Shown here: one piece after another, positions 12,324 through 25,660 of the stretch
How positions within the stretch are numbered: the stretch's first letter is position 1
Layout of the letters: the number at the start of each line of letters is the position of its first letter
Source of the DNA: Lingula anatina
Taxonomy: Eukaryota; Animalia; Brachiopoda
Length of the DNA stretch: 64,000 nt
Direction: 5' to 3'
Assembly (NCBI GenBank): GCA_051362555.1
Contig: CM120645.1
Location: 18,972,001 to 19,036,000, forward strand
Program-made: the position numbers and the translations under genes
Notes under the pieces: model-generated
Database searches by the model: none
What the model was told of the DNA's origin: nothing
Seen by the model: only the letters and a program-made list of their open reading frames with translations

Positions 12324-15300
12324 TATATACATAAAATTGAACACATAATAAAATAACATAATGAAGCTATGAAAGTTAGAAAGAATACAATCCCACACAG
12401 CGTGGACTACTCAAAATTTGAATTACATTTAGATTGCACTCCATTCTGCATATTATTTGAAGTCCAACAGGTGCTCGGTTCAGAGCTGGCCATCACAGTA
12501 CATAGCCCCTTCTTTTATCCTACCAGTATATACATGGAACATATCGGAGGTTCATGTCGTCAGTTTACATATAAGTTTAAAGCGTAATTCAAACACAGCT
12601 GTAGTAGAACCGAGTTATAAATCTAAAGGTGAAATTGGTGAATTGTGTAACGTATACTACCTGTTAATTGTCAAATTAAACGAGCATCACCCTTTTTCGA
12701 ATATTTTGTCTTACACCCTAATTTAAGTTTGGCATTCATCCTACAGTACAACAAAAATATGGAATATTCAAAAGACACTCGTTGCATGTGTTGTCAGGCT
12801 GCTTGGAGTTATTAGGCCTATATTTAGATTTTCTATTTAACAACAAGATTAGAGGCGTTATTGATTCCCTGAAAGAAAATCTCTTCAATTCTCGTGTTTC
12901 ACATATTTTTCAAGGATCGTGTTTGGCAAAGCCATGCCACCGAAAGTAATTTTGTTCCAGCCGCAAGGCTTCTATAGGTCTTTTCAAATACTTCCGTTTA
13001 CTCGCATGTTCGTGTGCAACTCGAAAAATCACTAGCAAGACAGGCGGATTTCTGGGATTCTGAGGGTCTTGGTTCTTCTAATATTTTTGTAAATGTTTGT
13101 AGTTTGTGTCGAAAGCATTTCAATATTTGCTAAAAATGAGTTCAGTTCATCCCGTCAACATGAGTGACTCATTCCAACAACATGGTAAGAACCAACTTTG
13201 CCCTTTTACGACAAGAAGTACCTCAGTTTCATAACTTCTGTTTTTCCACCATTTTGACTACCAGTTTACGACCAAAAAAGAGCGTTGAAAAATGAATGAC
13301 GATATACTGCACGTGTTTTGGAGTGATCACCTAGGATAAGCTGCTTATCTAACTACCGTATTAACGAGCAACAACGGAAGTGTTAGGGAGTCAAGAGAAC
13401 ATTCGCTGCATCACATCACCTTTTATCAACGCACACGGTTACTATAAATAGTTTCAGCTAAGATTGATTGGAAATTGAGTATGCATGCATCAGGTCACAC
13501 CAGTATTGTCAAAGAATGGCAGATGTTTTTACTGCGCAGTGATATAAGTAAAAACATAGTTGTCAATCTTAGTGCAAGGTACTTCGTCAACTTAAAAGAA
13601 CTCCTGTCACAGTTTGCTAGCTAATGACTTCTGAAATTGTCCGTTATAAACGCTTAAAGACGCTTACAGACTGGACGAGATATTCAGCGATACTCCGATC
13701 ACCTTCAAATCTAGGAAAAGTATACATGCAACACTAGAGCAAGGTGTACCCGTATACAAGACCATGAAATAAAGCATATTGAGAACCAGAAAACAGCCCT
13801 GTCTATCATAAATCTGCGTGACACTATTGCTTCTTTGGAATTACGCCTTACATATGTTTGCACGCATGCCTAGTTCAGACCTACATGACTGTGTGGTTAA
13901 ACCGTTTTCTTTTTCATTTTTATCAAATTCATGCAAGTTATCACTATGGTGAACCTGGTTGAGGTAATTTGTAATTCTGTTGCCAAGACAACATCTCAAC
14001 TTATACGATAACATAATCTAGTGAGATTAATGTAAAACCTCGAAAAAAACAGGGGTATTATAATATCAACACTTATTTTATATCCCGATACATCTCTATT
14101 TACACGTTGCTTTCAGTTGTTGAAACTACATCACCATGGAAATGAGCATCCAGGGCCTTTTTTGCAAAAAAAGTGTAAAGTCAAGTTGCGGGGATAAATT
14201 TTATGTCGCTGAGATTTGCCCTTTGACTATAAGGTGAGTTTCACATTCAAAATCAATAAGAATAGACACGAAAATATATAAGAGGTCGCTTAACTGTTTG
14301 TCTTAAAAGTATTTCAATCTTGTAATTAGAAAAAAGACTGTCTACTTGTTTGTCCGCTACCAAGGTGACCTGAAGCCAAAATGCTTTAATCACTCTGGTC
14401 AGGAAATCTGTGGTCTAATCAAAAGGGTCTCAGGCGGTCTATCTTTAAATTTTCAATCTTAGCCTCGCTCACTAATTGTCGCTTTTCCTAATCAAGCATC
14501 GTTTCCCTCCCGATAACCTGCAATGTTCGCTTGTTACCTGGGGATGCTATTATGTGATGTTTCCGGGATCTTTCCTGACATGCAGTTATCACACATATTG
14601 GCTATTGCAGAGTCTACCGTTGCTGCAATAAGGATGTACATGTAGTTATATTAATTAATAAGTAAACATTCTCTAAAAAATGAGTACCTTCGCTTTGTAA
14701 GAGATACAGGAATCGCTGTTGATTTCGGAATGTTGTAAGACACTCTTAGAAGATCGGGATGCTATGCGTCAGTTTGGTTTTGGACCGGTTAAGGCCTAAA
14801 TAGGGTAAAAATAAAGTTATAATTATGCAAGACGTGTTTTAGCTAGAACCAAGATGTATGAAAATCTGGCCGAAGGAAAGATTGAAGCGTACATGCAACT
14901 CGTGAAAATGATTTCAGCTTGACTGTACTAGTAGACTAAAAGGAAAAAGAAACGATCTGCATTGGTTTGCTTTTTCCTTATCCACATCCCCCCTCCCACC
15001 CTTGGGCTCAAACATCTTTTAAACGTCTTTTTCGAAGGAATAGTGCCACGTTTCTTTTCCCTTGGAAAAGTTTAGAAATTGTAACACAGCCTGAGTTTTC
15101 TTCCCTTGGGTTTTAAATGTCATTGTAAAGTCGGTCCTGTTTCCAGCATGCCTCTGCCATTTCCAGAATGCTGATATACATGTTCAATACATTACATATC
15201 TAGAGATGTTACGCGACATGTTATGTGCGATATACGCTTTGTTCGGTTTTAGGGTGTTATTCTGTGAAATGCGAATAGTTTCCCTCGGTGTTGGTGTCAA

Positions 15301-15397
15301 CCAATACACTGCCATCATCTCGCGATATGTGCCTTGAACACATCTCTGGCGCTCGAGGTGTTGAGTCAAACATTGCTCGGTTGGCAGTGTGTAGTTA

Positions 15398-15538
15398 CCC
15401 TAGGTTCTAGATTCCGGTATTGCCAGCTCGATCTTGATTTCATATATAACCCATATCAGCAATACCAGGTAGTAAAAGCGACTCCATCACAAGGTATATT
15501 TAACAAGCTAGCTTTTTACGTTGCTCTGACACTCAGGG
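15398..15538 (-). mobile_element. ~145-bp non-autonomous DNA element, copy 2
   Basis: Reverse complement of 4456-4601 with small indels; TA flanks. Confidence 0.8.
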
Positions 15539-16716
15539 TATGTGTAGTCTAACACGTAACGTTTTAGCCATCTCCAAATATCTGACGCCCAACGTGTTCG
15601 TCACGTCCTAAAACGTGATCGTCACGTCCTAAAACAAGTACCCAAAACGTTCAATGTGAAAAACTGATGTCAAGAATACCGGGAACAGGTCCTGTTAATA
15701 GTCCTGGGATTTTGTATACCCCCTTTTACACATGTATATATCTAAATTATCTCCATCTTTGTTGAGAACCACGGCATCTGTACCTATGTTCGCGTTATGA
15801 TATATTAGTAAAATCTAGAAACCCAGAATACAGTGTAAATTGATAGACGAGAGTTTGTATTGATGGTAAGCATGTTGTGAAATGAACATGTAACTTTTGT
15901 AAAGGAATAATCAATAACAAATTCCCTGACACGTTAATTTACATGCTTGAAAAGGCGAATGCCCTTGTAAGTATCTCATTTCGTTGGGTAGCATGACAAA
16001 AAAACTTGGTAATGAGTTAGAAGTACTGAAACGCGATAAAGATTTATTTTGTGTAACCAAAGACATGGTGTTTTCTAGGTATAAAATGTGTATTTTTCAG
16101 TCTCATTTGACAATTTTTCTTTCTAGACGGTAGGTGGCATTATGTCCATAAAAAACAAAAATATCAAATTCCTGCTTTTAAGAATTGGGGCTTATTTATC
16201 TCGTTGTTTACTTGTGATTCTCTATCTTTTTTCGATCTTCTTCACCATTATTCTAGAGCGAATAAAAGAATGAATAGATAAATAAGACAAATCGTTTTGG
16301 CCGGGAAATCTCGTATAAATTACTGATACTGAAGGACTGATCAAAAACCAGTAATGGTTACTAGCTTCAGATTCACCTATTTCATGATAAGTGATTAACC
16401 ATATCACCGAGGTTTGAAGAATTGTGCCAACGTCAACCATGTGAGTTCGTCAGTAATACCAGAACGGTTGCCTTCAGTCAATGAACAGTAACAAAATAAA
16501 ATTGCAGCAAAAAAGGTTTTAGATAAACGATTTTCGGCTGCAGTTCTCATCTGGAAATATCAGTGTGCATAAATTGAGACTGGGTTTCCTGGGAGCAAGT
16601 GCCCTCCCCCAAAGATAAAAATTAATTGTCTTGAGAATCTTTATAAAATGTTAGCCTTTTCCTTTTGCCCTGACCTACAGTATTATCTTACTTATTCTTC
16701 AGTGTTTATGAGACAA

Positions 16717-16823
16717 CCCAACAAACACAGAACGTTACTATAACGTTACTATAACGTTACTATTCCGTTTAGATAACCACAAAACGTTATGGTAACGTTA
16801 GAAAACGTTTTGTGTTTGCTGGG
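16717..16823. mobile_element. 107-bp mini-MITE (TIR CCCA(A/G)CAAACACA, AA flanks)
   Basis: cccaacaaacacagaacgtt ... aacgttttgtgtttgctggg; internal 11-bp AACGTTACTAT repeats. Confidence 0.75.
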
Positions 16824-19492
16824 AAGAGCTGTCCCAACCCTTTATCACAACAGGCTGTGGAGGTACCCGCATATAATAATTTTCTTATAATCAGTTTTGA
16901 AGCATCAGTTTTCACGAAACTCCTCCTTTATAATGTATCAGATTAGGTAAGAAGACAACAAAAGCAAACTAGTGTTTGTTCGTTGTTCTTTTTTTTTTTT
17001 ATCAAAATAGAATGCAGGGAAATATACTTACAATTGACAAAAAAATCTGCAACATGTACCCGAATACTGTTGAGAATGGGAGCCTAATCTGTGCATCAGC
17101 TATTCATGCCTGTCACATGAGTGCTGCAGCTAAATTCTGAATACCAGACAGTTATGTAAGACAAGTTGATAATAGACATAAAAACAAGCGCACGAATATA
17201 AAGTTTTGTTCACTTAAAGGTCAATTCACAAACCCATGTTTGTTTGTGTTACACCGGTTTCTTTCCACCTCTAGTGAACCATATGTCATTTGGCCTCGTG
17301 TCTCACTGTCTCACTGCAGGTCATAAGAATCCCTTGTTGCATAAGCAAACGCGGTATAACTAATATTTCCTTGTAGTTGCTAGGGGGAATACATGTATTA
17401 TACTGTATATTTTACTTTAAAAGCTACGATCAACACATCGAAGTTCATCTTTATACCGAACAATCTGTTGAATTCTCCGAGGAGAATACATGAGCTATTT
17501 TCAGAAAATGTCTGTGTCGGTATAGTTCATGACATTTTACATGGTAATTCTAGGACGTTCAGCTAATCAAAGTAATTCAGGCTAGATGAAACTAAGCTTC
17601 ACAATGGTCTATCGAATCTATAAATTGAACTGATTTGTACTGTACTGTATCTTATAATGCTGTAATGCACTATATCATTTGTCAACGTTCGTAACTATAG
17701 TACCTAGTGACTTATCATTCAGATAACGAGTAATCTTTTAATGGCTTTATATAGGTAGAGAAAATAATAACTTATTTTTCGACCTTTCCAGAGGAAAGAG
17801 ATTTCATAGGCAAAATGGGCCTATATAGGTCCATTTTTTGTCAAGAAAATTGAGCTATAGATACATGTATTTTAAAAGATCTGCATTTCATTCTGGAAAG
17901 ACATGAAATTATGAATAGGCTTGTGTAAATTTGAAGCAAGAACGTTTTGCAAACCTTTATTTTGCAGTTACAAAATGCCAGTATTTACTGAAACTGCCTA
18001 GGCTTGCAGTTCTTTATATCCATATCTTAGAGTTTGCTCTTTTACTGCTTTGGTGCAGGCGATTTCTCTTGAGTTGATCGAGTACAGTTCAACCAATGAG
18101 TTAATGAAATGCTTATTATTTGCTCCTCAATATATTTTTCCTAAACCTATGGTCCTGAAGTCTTTGTACTGTAAACCGCAACACGATAACGTACGCTAAA
18201 TTTAGACTTATCAAGGCGTCGAAGAAGCCTAAACACGCATCTCTAGACGATTTATGTAAATTTGACTCATTACATGTCAATGATTCATTTTGTCGCTGCA
18301 CTTACCACAGCGCAGGGAGCTATTTTTAGTATGGTTGTCTTCTCACATTCATATATGGCATTGTTAAAAAATTCCTCTTTACCTACCGCAGAATCAACAA
18401 ACACAATACGACAAATACATTTACTTTCTTTTAATCTTTAATAGTACTAGGTATATTCTACCCTTTATTGTACTACCTTTTATTGAACATATACAATGGT
18501 ATATATAATAATAACCTTTGTAACAAATATGCTTGTACTAATGTGATTATTTTAAATTGTATTTTGGTTCGTTTATACCCAAGCGTATCATTTTGTATCA
18601 TTTTGTGTTTTGACAAACATGCATCTGCAGTATTGTAAATCTGCCGTCCTACATGTAGAATTCAGTAGTTTTATTCTATTGTGGTATCTGGCCTTACAAA
18701 TGTACAATTGAAATGCATACGCCCCGAATTGTTTTGGCGATAGATTCTCCCTGAAACGGGCTTTAGCATTTAGGATCACTTGTTTTTTTCCCATCTTCCG
18801 AAGTTTCTCATGAGCCAACGCGAATTTTGATTTAAGTTTAATAGTTTCAACGATTTAAGCATGACATATTCATGCCAAAGCTGTGCATTGGCTAGCATGC
18901 ACGAATAAATGTAAGTCTATTTTAGTGGCAGAAATTCGCCTCTAGTGTCTTTTGAACATTATCAAGACTTTTTTGTAGCCTGGTGATCGTTTGCCATTCG
19001 TTTCATTAATTAAACAGGAGACTAACGTTCGTCTCAAACTTTGTCTGGAACAGGTGGTCTACTCCCAAGGGGTTTAATCTTGTTATTTTATTAAAATAAA
19101 GAACCGATATATTTTAATTAATATTTATCTAGCAAGAGTACCAAGCCAATATAACCATTAATGGGTGTATTAAACATAATATAGTCTACTAATAGCTCAC
19201 GGCTAGTGACAATGGCCGACCCTGGTGGTATTACTGTGGTTTTTCTATTTTTTACCATCCGACAGCTCCCTTCCATTGGATGATACTGCCGCTTTCTTTT
19301 CTCTTCCAGGGCTCTGTTTTCAATAAAGTGATATCGCTCTATCAATGAGAACCCCGCATCAATTTCCTGGCCAATTTCCGGAAATTATTGGTCGAGATTA
19401 CAGAAAACGAGACAGGATCATTGGAGTGACCGGGTAAATAACAATTGCAGGTTCATATCCAATAAATCGGCCATTTATATAACCATAACGAG

Positions 19493-19495
19493 AAA

Positions 19496-19534
<39 letters not shown>

Positions 19535-19535
19535 A
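19493..19535. repeat. (AAAT)n microsatellite
   Basis: Direct reading. Confidence 0.9.
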
Positions 19536-22500
19536 ACTAATTGGCATCTGTTTGTTTTTCGGCATCTATGTGACGTCAGAAAAAGGATCGGGAGCTCGCC
19601 CACCATTTCCTGCAGCAAAGTTGTTTATTTACTCAGCAATCTTTCCAAGAAGAAAAAAAAACACATCTTTTGACACATAAATCTGTTTCATACACTTCGT
19701 TTCTTCAAAATGATGTGGTGTATTGACCTCAACACCCCCGTATGCTGGTGATGTGACTTTGCGTCACAAATGAAACGTTGTCGCATACGTCTTCTGTGAC
19801 CTATACACGTACATTGCTGATATTTGTTATGGAATTTTTCAGTTTAAAAGTCTAGGTAAAAATGTATTGTTTCAAAAAAACTTACATCTCATACGAGATA
19901 AGTGAATATAGATATATATATGTGATGTCAGGTTTGTCAGTACCGATTAACCAACTACCTTGTCTGTAGCACTGCTGTATGACAAATTGTGTATTATTTC
20001 ATTGGGTAGTGTTCTTTGGGCTGGTCTTAGTATGGCTTTGACAGAGCATGGATCTGTCGCAAAAGTCTACATATGTCGGCAACGCTTGAACAGATAACCC
20101 GTTTGCATGTATTGTAGAAGATTTTTACAAGTTATCAGTTTTATGGTGAGTAAACTGAAAGTGGTGGTTTGTCACAGCATTCTCCATCAAACGGGCTTTA
20201 GCATTTAGGTTTGACTTGTTTCTCTAAGTCAAAATGGCTTGAACAGAGAGACATTGCCCAAAAGATATTTGTGTCACAAGAATTGGCCCGTACATTTTTA
20301 CAGAGGTATGCTTTGACTGGTGGTGGGTCACGGTCAGAGTATCCAAAACTTAGCAAGGGGGGGGGGGGGGGCGTGTGGGGGAGCGTCTGCCAAAACGCCA
20401 CTGATAGTCATCGATGGAAACCTCAACCACGTCAAACAATGGGAATATTCTGTAAATCAGCTGCGTCCCATATGGAAGAGGGCACCTTAGGAACGATTTT
20501 GTTTTGCAAGATAGACACAGTATTTGGATTTGTAAATGCACAAACCAAGGGGCTCAGCAGCTACATGCACCGTGGTCATCAAGATTGCCAGATATGAACC
20601 CCATAGAGATTCTGTTGGCAATAATTACCCGCCGAATCAATGGTTTAATGGCCCTAAGATAAATCTGTACCAACTCAGAAAAGATCTGGCCAATGCTAAA
20701 TAGGTTATTTCAGACCAAACTCTAAGAAAACCGTCAGAAGGAATGCTTTACCGTTGGAACAGCCCTGGTAGAATTCAGACGCCAAACTGACCACTGGCTA
20801 AACTTAGTTATGGTAGTACTTTGTGGAGCCTGTCATTGTTTAACAGACATTCATATGAAGATCCAAACAATGCTTTCAGTAGTTCTTTTTATGACTTAAA
20901 ATCAGCCCTGTACGTTTGTAATACTCCATCGATTAATTCAATTAAAGAACGGGCTGGAAGAAACCTGGAAAAGCATTTAAAATTATTAAAACGCAATCGA
21001 AATCTGTTTTCAGAAAAATTGGAGAAGGTCAAAGAAAAATGAGAAATTTTCCATGTATGACGCACAAAAATGTCTGATTCTTGCACCCATCATTCCCAGA
21101 AAATAAGTTCGAAATGACTGCCTTTAAGAATCGAGACCACGAGTAAAGTGATGTATGTTGGTGCCGATTTTACTGATAATAAAAATGATATCGAAAAAAA
21201 ACATGGATACTTGCCATGGTAAACGTTTGAGTGTGCGTTTGACATATGTATTTCGGAATTATTTCCGATAAAGTTATTAGTAACTTAATTCTAGACAGTC
21301 TATTTTTTAACGTATACGTCACAAGTGATCCTATCAAATTGCTCTTATAATTCTATCCTCTATCTATGATTAATATGATTTATTTCCTCTCTGTAAAATT
21401 ACCTTGGATCGAAGTGAAGAGTAAATACATGTCGAGGGTAAAAATTAGAAAAAAATTGTTCATTTTGTGTTTTTCTGAAAATTTGTACTGAAGGGGTTTC
21501 AGCATTAATTGGGATATTGTACAAAAGGTAACTCAGCTTTCTCAGTGTGATGAATAAAATGTCCTGGAGGGTGGGGGTGGGGGGGGGGGGGCTCTCCAAG
21601 TTTTCGGTCCCTATGCCTTCTCCAGGGATTTTAAAAAATGGTCATTTCTAATTATTTATCTCTTAGTGATCCATACGGTGATTTGATATGAATCTCCGGT
21701 GTACAAAGTCACCCCCGGTTTGCAGTTTCATTTTAATTTAATTCCAATTTCAGTCCCGGACATGAAAATCTAAGAAAAAAGACTGTCGGAAAGACGTGAA
21801 TGTCATGAACATGTAATCACACCCTAACATAGGTTGGAGCATACGCTCTTTCCCATTAAATTATCCTACTATTATTGGTGTGTTTGAGTGACAATAACAC
21901 AGCTGACTGTTCAAATATTTTATTCTTGAGGAGATGATCTTTGAGATGCAGAATAATTCGAATCCACTCAGCCTCAAGAGAAATAGTCACCAAAAGTATG
22001 AAGTCCACCCGTTCGAAGTCGTTATCCATACGTTCGGAGTGGTAACAACGATGGCAAATGATGGAATGACCAAGTGCCCAGCCGTAAAAAATCGAATTCT
22101 TCCAAAACATCTCTTACAAAAGACAAACTCTATTGCATAAACTTCAATTCTTTAAAATACTTTTAAAGAAACTGCTTTATTATATATTTTTTTCATAATT
22201 GAATTCTTATTTTATTCTAATGAACTATTAAAAAAACAGATTGATTTATTATTCTAATCAGCGAATTCTTCTTTTATGTTTTTAGTGAATAATGTCATAA
22301 TATGCTTTACCTGTAGTTACTTTTATCACTCTGTTGTAGGAATGTAAAATCCAATTTTTTATTGCAAGAATAAATAATATTATTTAAGTGATTAATTTTG
22401 ATTAAAGTGCACAGGATTTAATATAATATCGGTTTGACCATCACCCGTGTGATGGTCAGTGCCCGTGTCCAATGTCGTAGCCTATTTTGGCTATCATTAT

Positions 22501-23317
22501 TCCTGGACTTCTATAAAGATTGCCATGTTCTATGTTGCTGACTAATACTTTCCTGATTTACCGCATTTCTGAGTGTCAACCTACAGTTCTTTTACTATTT
22601 TTGTTTCCACGCCAGCAGTAACCAATCCCCCGTTTACATGTGTTTCCGGACATAACATTTTTAAATAAGCAATAGGCCTAAGTGTTACAAAACAAATTCT
22701 TGCGATGTCCCAAATGTTTAGAGATCTTGATAGAAGATGTTTATTCCTTATGTTTTATTTTATGCCAGATATTCTTTTCCTCTGGGGTCTTACTAATGAT
22801 ATTTTATGACTAGGCATTGGCACTTTTAAATGCCAACGCCATGAGCTTAAGACCTTTATATAGCAATTTCTTTCTTGGAAATCTTAACGCCTTTTCTTTC
22901 ATTGCAGAGTATAGGCAACACGCTACACAGAATTACAATCCATAAACCCAGTCTTGAGCTCTAGCTTTTGGGTTCATCTCGCAGTGGAGATACTGGGTAG
23001 AGCCTGGTAAAATCACTCTAGTAAATGTAAATGTAAATATTTACTAAAAACGAGTTAATAGATCTTAATATTGTCAAATATTTTGAAAAGGCTATTCTTT
23101 GGTCACAAAGAGAAGATTGCTGACTTTTAAAGAAATATTGTTGCCCTATAATAATGTCTTTCATGGTGTTGTCAAAACCCATCAAAGATGAGAGTTGCAC
23201 CCTTTCAATACGAGGATGAAGAAGTGATTCTTAAAATGTTTTTCACATAATAATAGTATCTTTTCCAGAAAAGTTTTTTTTCTTCAGTTTTCTTGCCGAT
23301 ATTTCACCGTGCAATTA

Positions 23318-23601
23318 CCCGCATGAAAACGAAGTAGATACTCCAGCGCAGTAGACTACTGCAATCATACTGCAAACATGCTTCAAATCTGCTTCGATGT
23401 GGGAGCTAATTAGCATATTTGAAACATGCTTCTATCATGCTGCTAATCTACTGCATTAATGCTCCTCCTCTGTACAACCCTATGTAATTTTTGAAGTAGA
23501 ATTGCAGTAGGCTATACTGCATTTCTACTGCAAATATGCTCCACACCACTACTGCGTTAATGCTTCTTTGCTACTTCGATACTACTGCATTTTCGTGCGG
23601 G
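23318..23601 (-). mobile_element. 284-bp MITE, copy 2
   Basis: Reverse complement of 12040-12323 with only a few substitutions; TA TSD. Confidence 0.9.
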
Positions 23602-23621
23602 TAATCAAGTATATCTTGGAT

Positions 23622-23658
<37 letters not shown>

Positions 23659-24629
23659 TGCGGCAGTGTTAATCTTCACAGGTAAATTATTGTGCGTTTA
23701 TATAATTTACATCAACATGGTCATTGCATATCTGTGCATGACATGTTACAGTCTGTACATCTTGGAACATTTCAGCAAACCATGCGTCCATATTCACGCA
23801 TATTCCAAGGTAATCAACCATCAGGTGATGGTGTTGGGTTTAGTGAACACGCAGGCTGGATTTATGCAAATAGTACCCGGCTGGTTCTATTTAGTTTCGG
23901 ATTTCACATTATAAGATACAAACGAGTGTCGTTAGAAGGGAATGCTGCAATCATAGCCGAAACATGTATATTAAATGGGGGGGGGGGGGCTGCTTCTCAA
24001 CTTTGATGATCATGACCTGAACCTAGAATTGAACCTGGATTGTTGCGTGCATCTACTACATTTGCAGGTCAGCAGTTTGTGAGGACAGATGCGTATATGA
24101 GGGGGGGGGGGGGTATATAAAGTGTTAGCCTTTTTCCCAGGCTATCGGGACTCCCTTACTTCCTCCCAGTCAGCATCTATACGTGTTCCACAGATGATGA
24201 AAATATCCCGCTTGCACGCCTTAAAGATCCTTAAAGTTTTTTTGTCAACCAACGAGTTTGGTTTTTCACGAAGAATCACTATAATGATGTGCAGACGGTT
24301 TTGTATTCATTCTATAGGGATATTAAATGTCAGTAGTGTTAAAATCAGTAGTGCTCAGTAGTGTTAACATCAAGGCTCAAAGATGGTTTCTCCATCCTTA
24401 AAACAGTGCGTTTCTGCAACAAATCACTCACCAGACAAGATCTGTAAGCAAGTGCATTATCACAATGAAACCTGTAGTATCCCTGAAATCACCTCTTGCA
24501 AATGGAGTGAGACATCTGTTGAGAATGTTACTGTATAAAAATGGCCCAATAACGCTCTGTTCCGGAAGGAACAATGTATCAATATCATGGGCATGGAATG
24601 CTCTCCAAACGCGGACTAACCCGGCACCT

Positions 24630-25040
24630 CAGGCTGTATTATTTAGAACACGCTCTTAAAAAAAAAACATTCTGCAACATGCATACGGACTCTAATTTGA
24701 CCATCGATGGGGTACAAGAAACGGTTACAAGAAAAGAAAAGCTTCTATTTGCCTTGAACCTTGATGTAAACCATATCAACTCAGTCTTACTATCATTTAA
24801 AGCCAATATGTTCACTTTCAGCAAATTTGGATATCTTCACCGGTATTTTGTATTTTCTGTACCATGAGTAATGTAAAATATGGTATCTGGAATACAAACA
24901 CTGTTCATAATGGTTAACAGATGTGTGATGATCATGTAAAAACAAAAACACATTGGTTTTAGGGTGGGACAAGCTTTTTGAAAAATCCTGTATCCCGCTG
25001 CAGAGGAGAATGTTAGTATAGTGACATTTTGCACAAAAGT
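24630..25040 (-). mobile_element. Decayed LINE reverse-transcriptase fragment
   Basis: Minus-strand translations give LALNDSKTELIWF (LINE L.LN.SKTE.I.F motif) and TLKPMCFCFYM (degenerate LGPLLF..Y), in the expected order; broken frames. Confidence 0.5.
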
Positions 25041-25299
25041 CTATCTTGTGGATATCATGAAAAACCCCACAAGGATCATGTGTGTCGTATGTTGTTGCTG
25101 ACCTAGTAGGGGGGAAAAAGATGCAAGAAACATGTTTTTTTAAATCGTGAACCTTTGATTAGGTCTTTGCACGACAGCCCAGCTCTTCTGAAAATCTTCT
25201 CACTTGCTGCCATTTAACATAAGATTGGAAATCGAGAATGATCAATAAAACGGTGAGGTAAAATTTCCTGCTAAGCAACGCTATATGAAACCCTGGATT

Positions 25300-25660
25300 T
25301 TTGCACTGTCATATTTACAAGGTGACAAAGCATGTGCTGCATGCGGTCTAAAATGGAGTGTTTCCATTGGCCAAGAAGCGTTAGATGCAAACGAGGCTCT
25401 GCCGTGCCGAGTTTCTTGCTCATGTCAACGGTATAAAAGCGAGGGTTTTTATTATAATAAGCACGTAAGCCATGCAAATGCATATGGTAAGTGACCATTG
25501 ATAATCTTTTGGGAAAATATTGAGAAGATTGAAAATACAGGACTCCCCCCATTGCGACGGTGAATAATGTCATCTTCGGACCAGGATTGCAGCACAGTAA
25601 GTATTCTGATATTTCTAAGTCACTAGTCATCTTTTCACAATGCCACCATTCAAATCTACC
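25300..25660 (-). mobile_element. Possible decayed LINE ORF2 C-terminal fragment
   Basis: An alternative minus frame reads KIINGHLPY...RHGRASFASNASW with stops, resembling the CR1/L2-type KI.NG..P.Y...G.RSF....P.LWN region. Confidence 0.35.

Noticed and set aside
12900-14000. Coding-like, possibly decayed transposase sequence
   Set aside because: No long frame and no motif I could assign with confidence; needs BLASTx.
18753-20222. Shared ~21-bp string aaacgggctttagcatttagg at ~18753 and ~20188
   Set aside because: Too short to define an element; probably the remnant of a common repeat.
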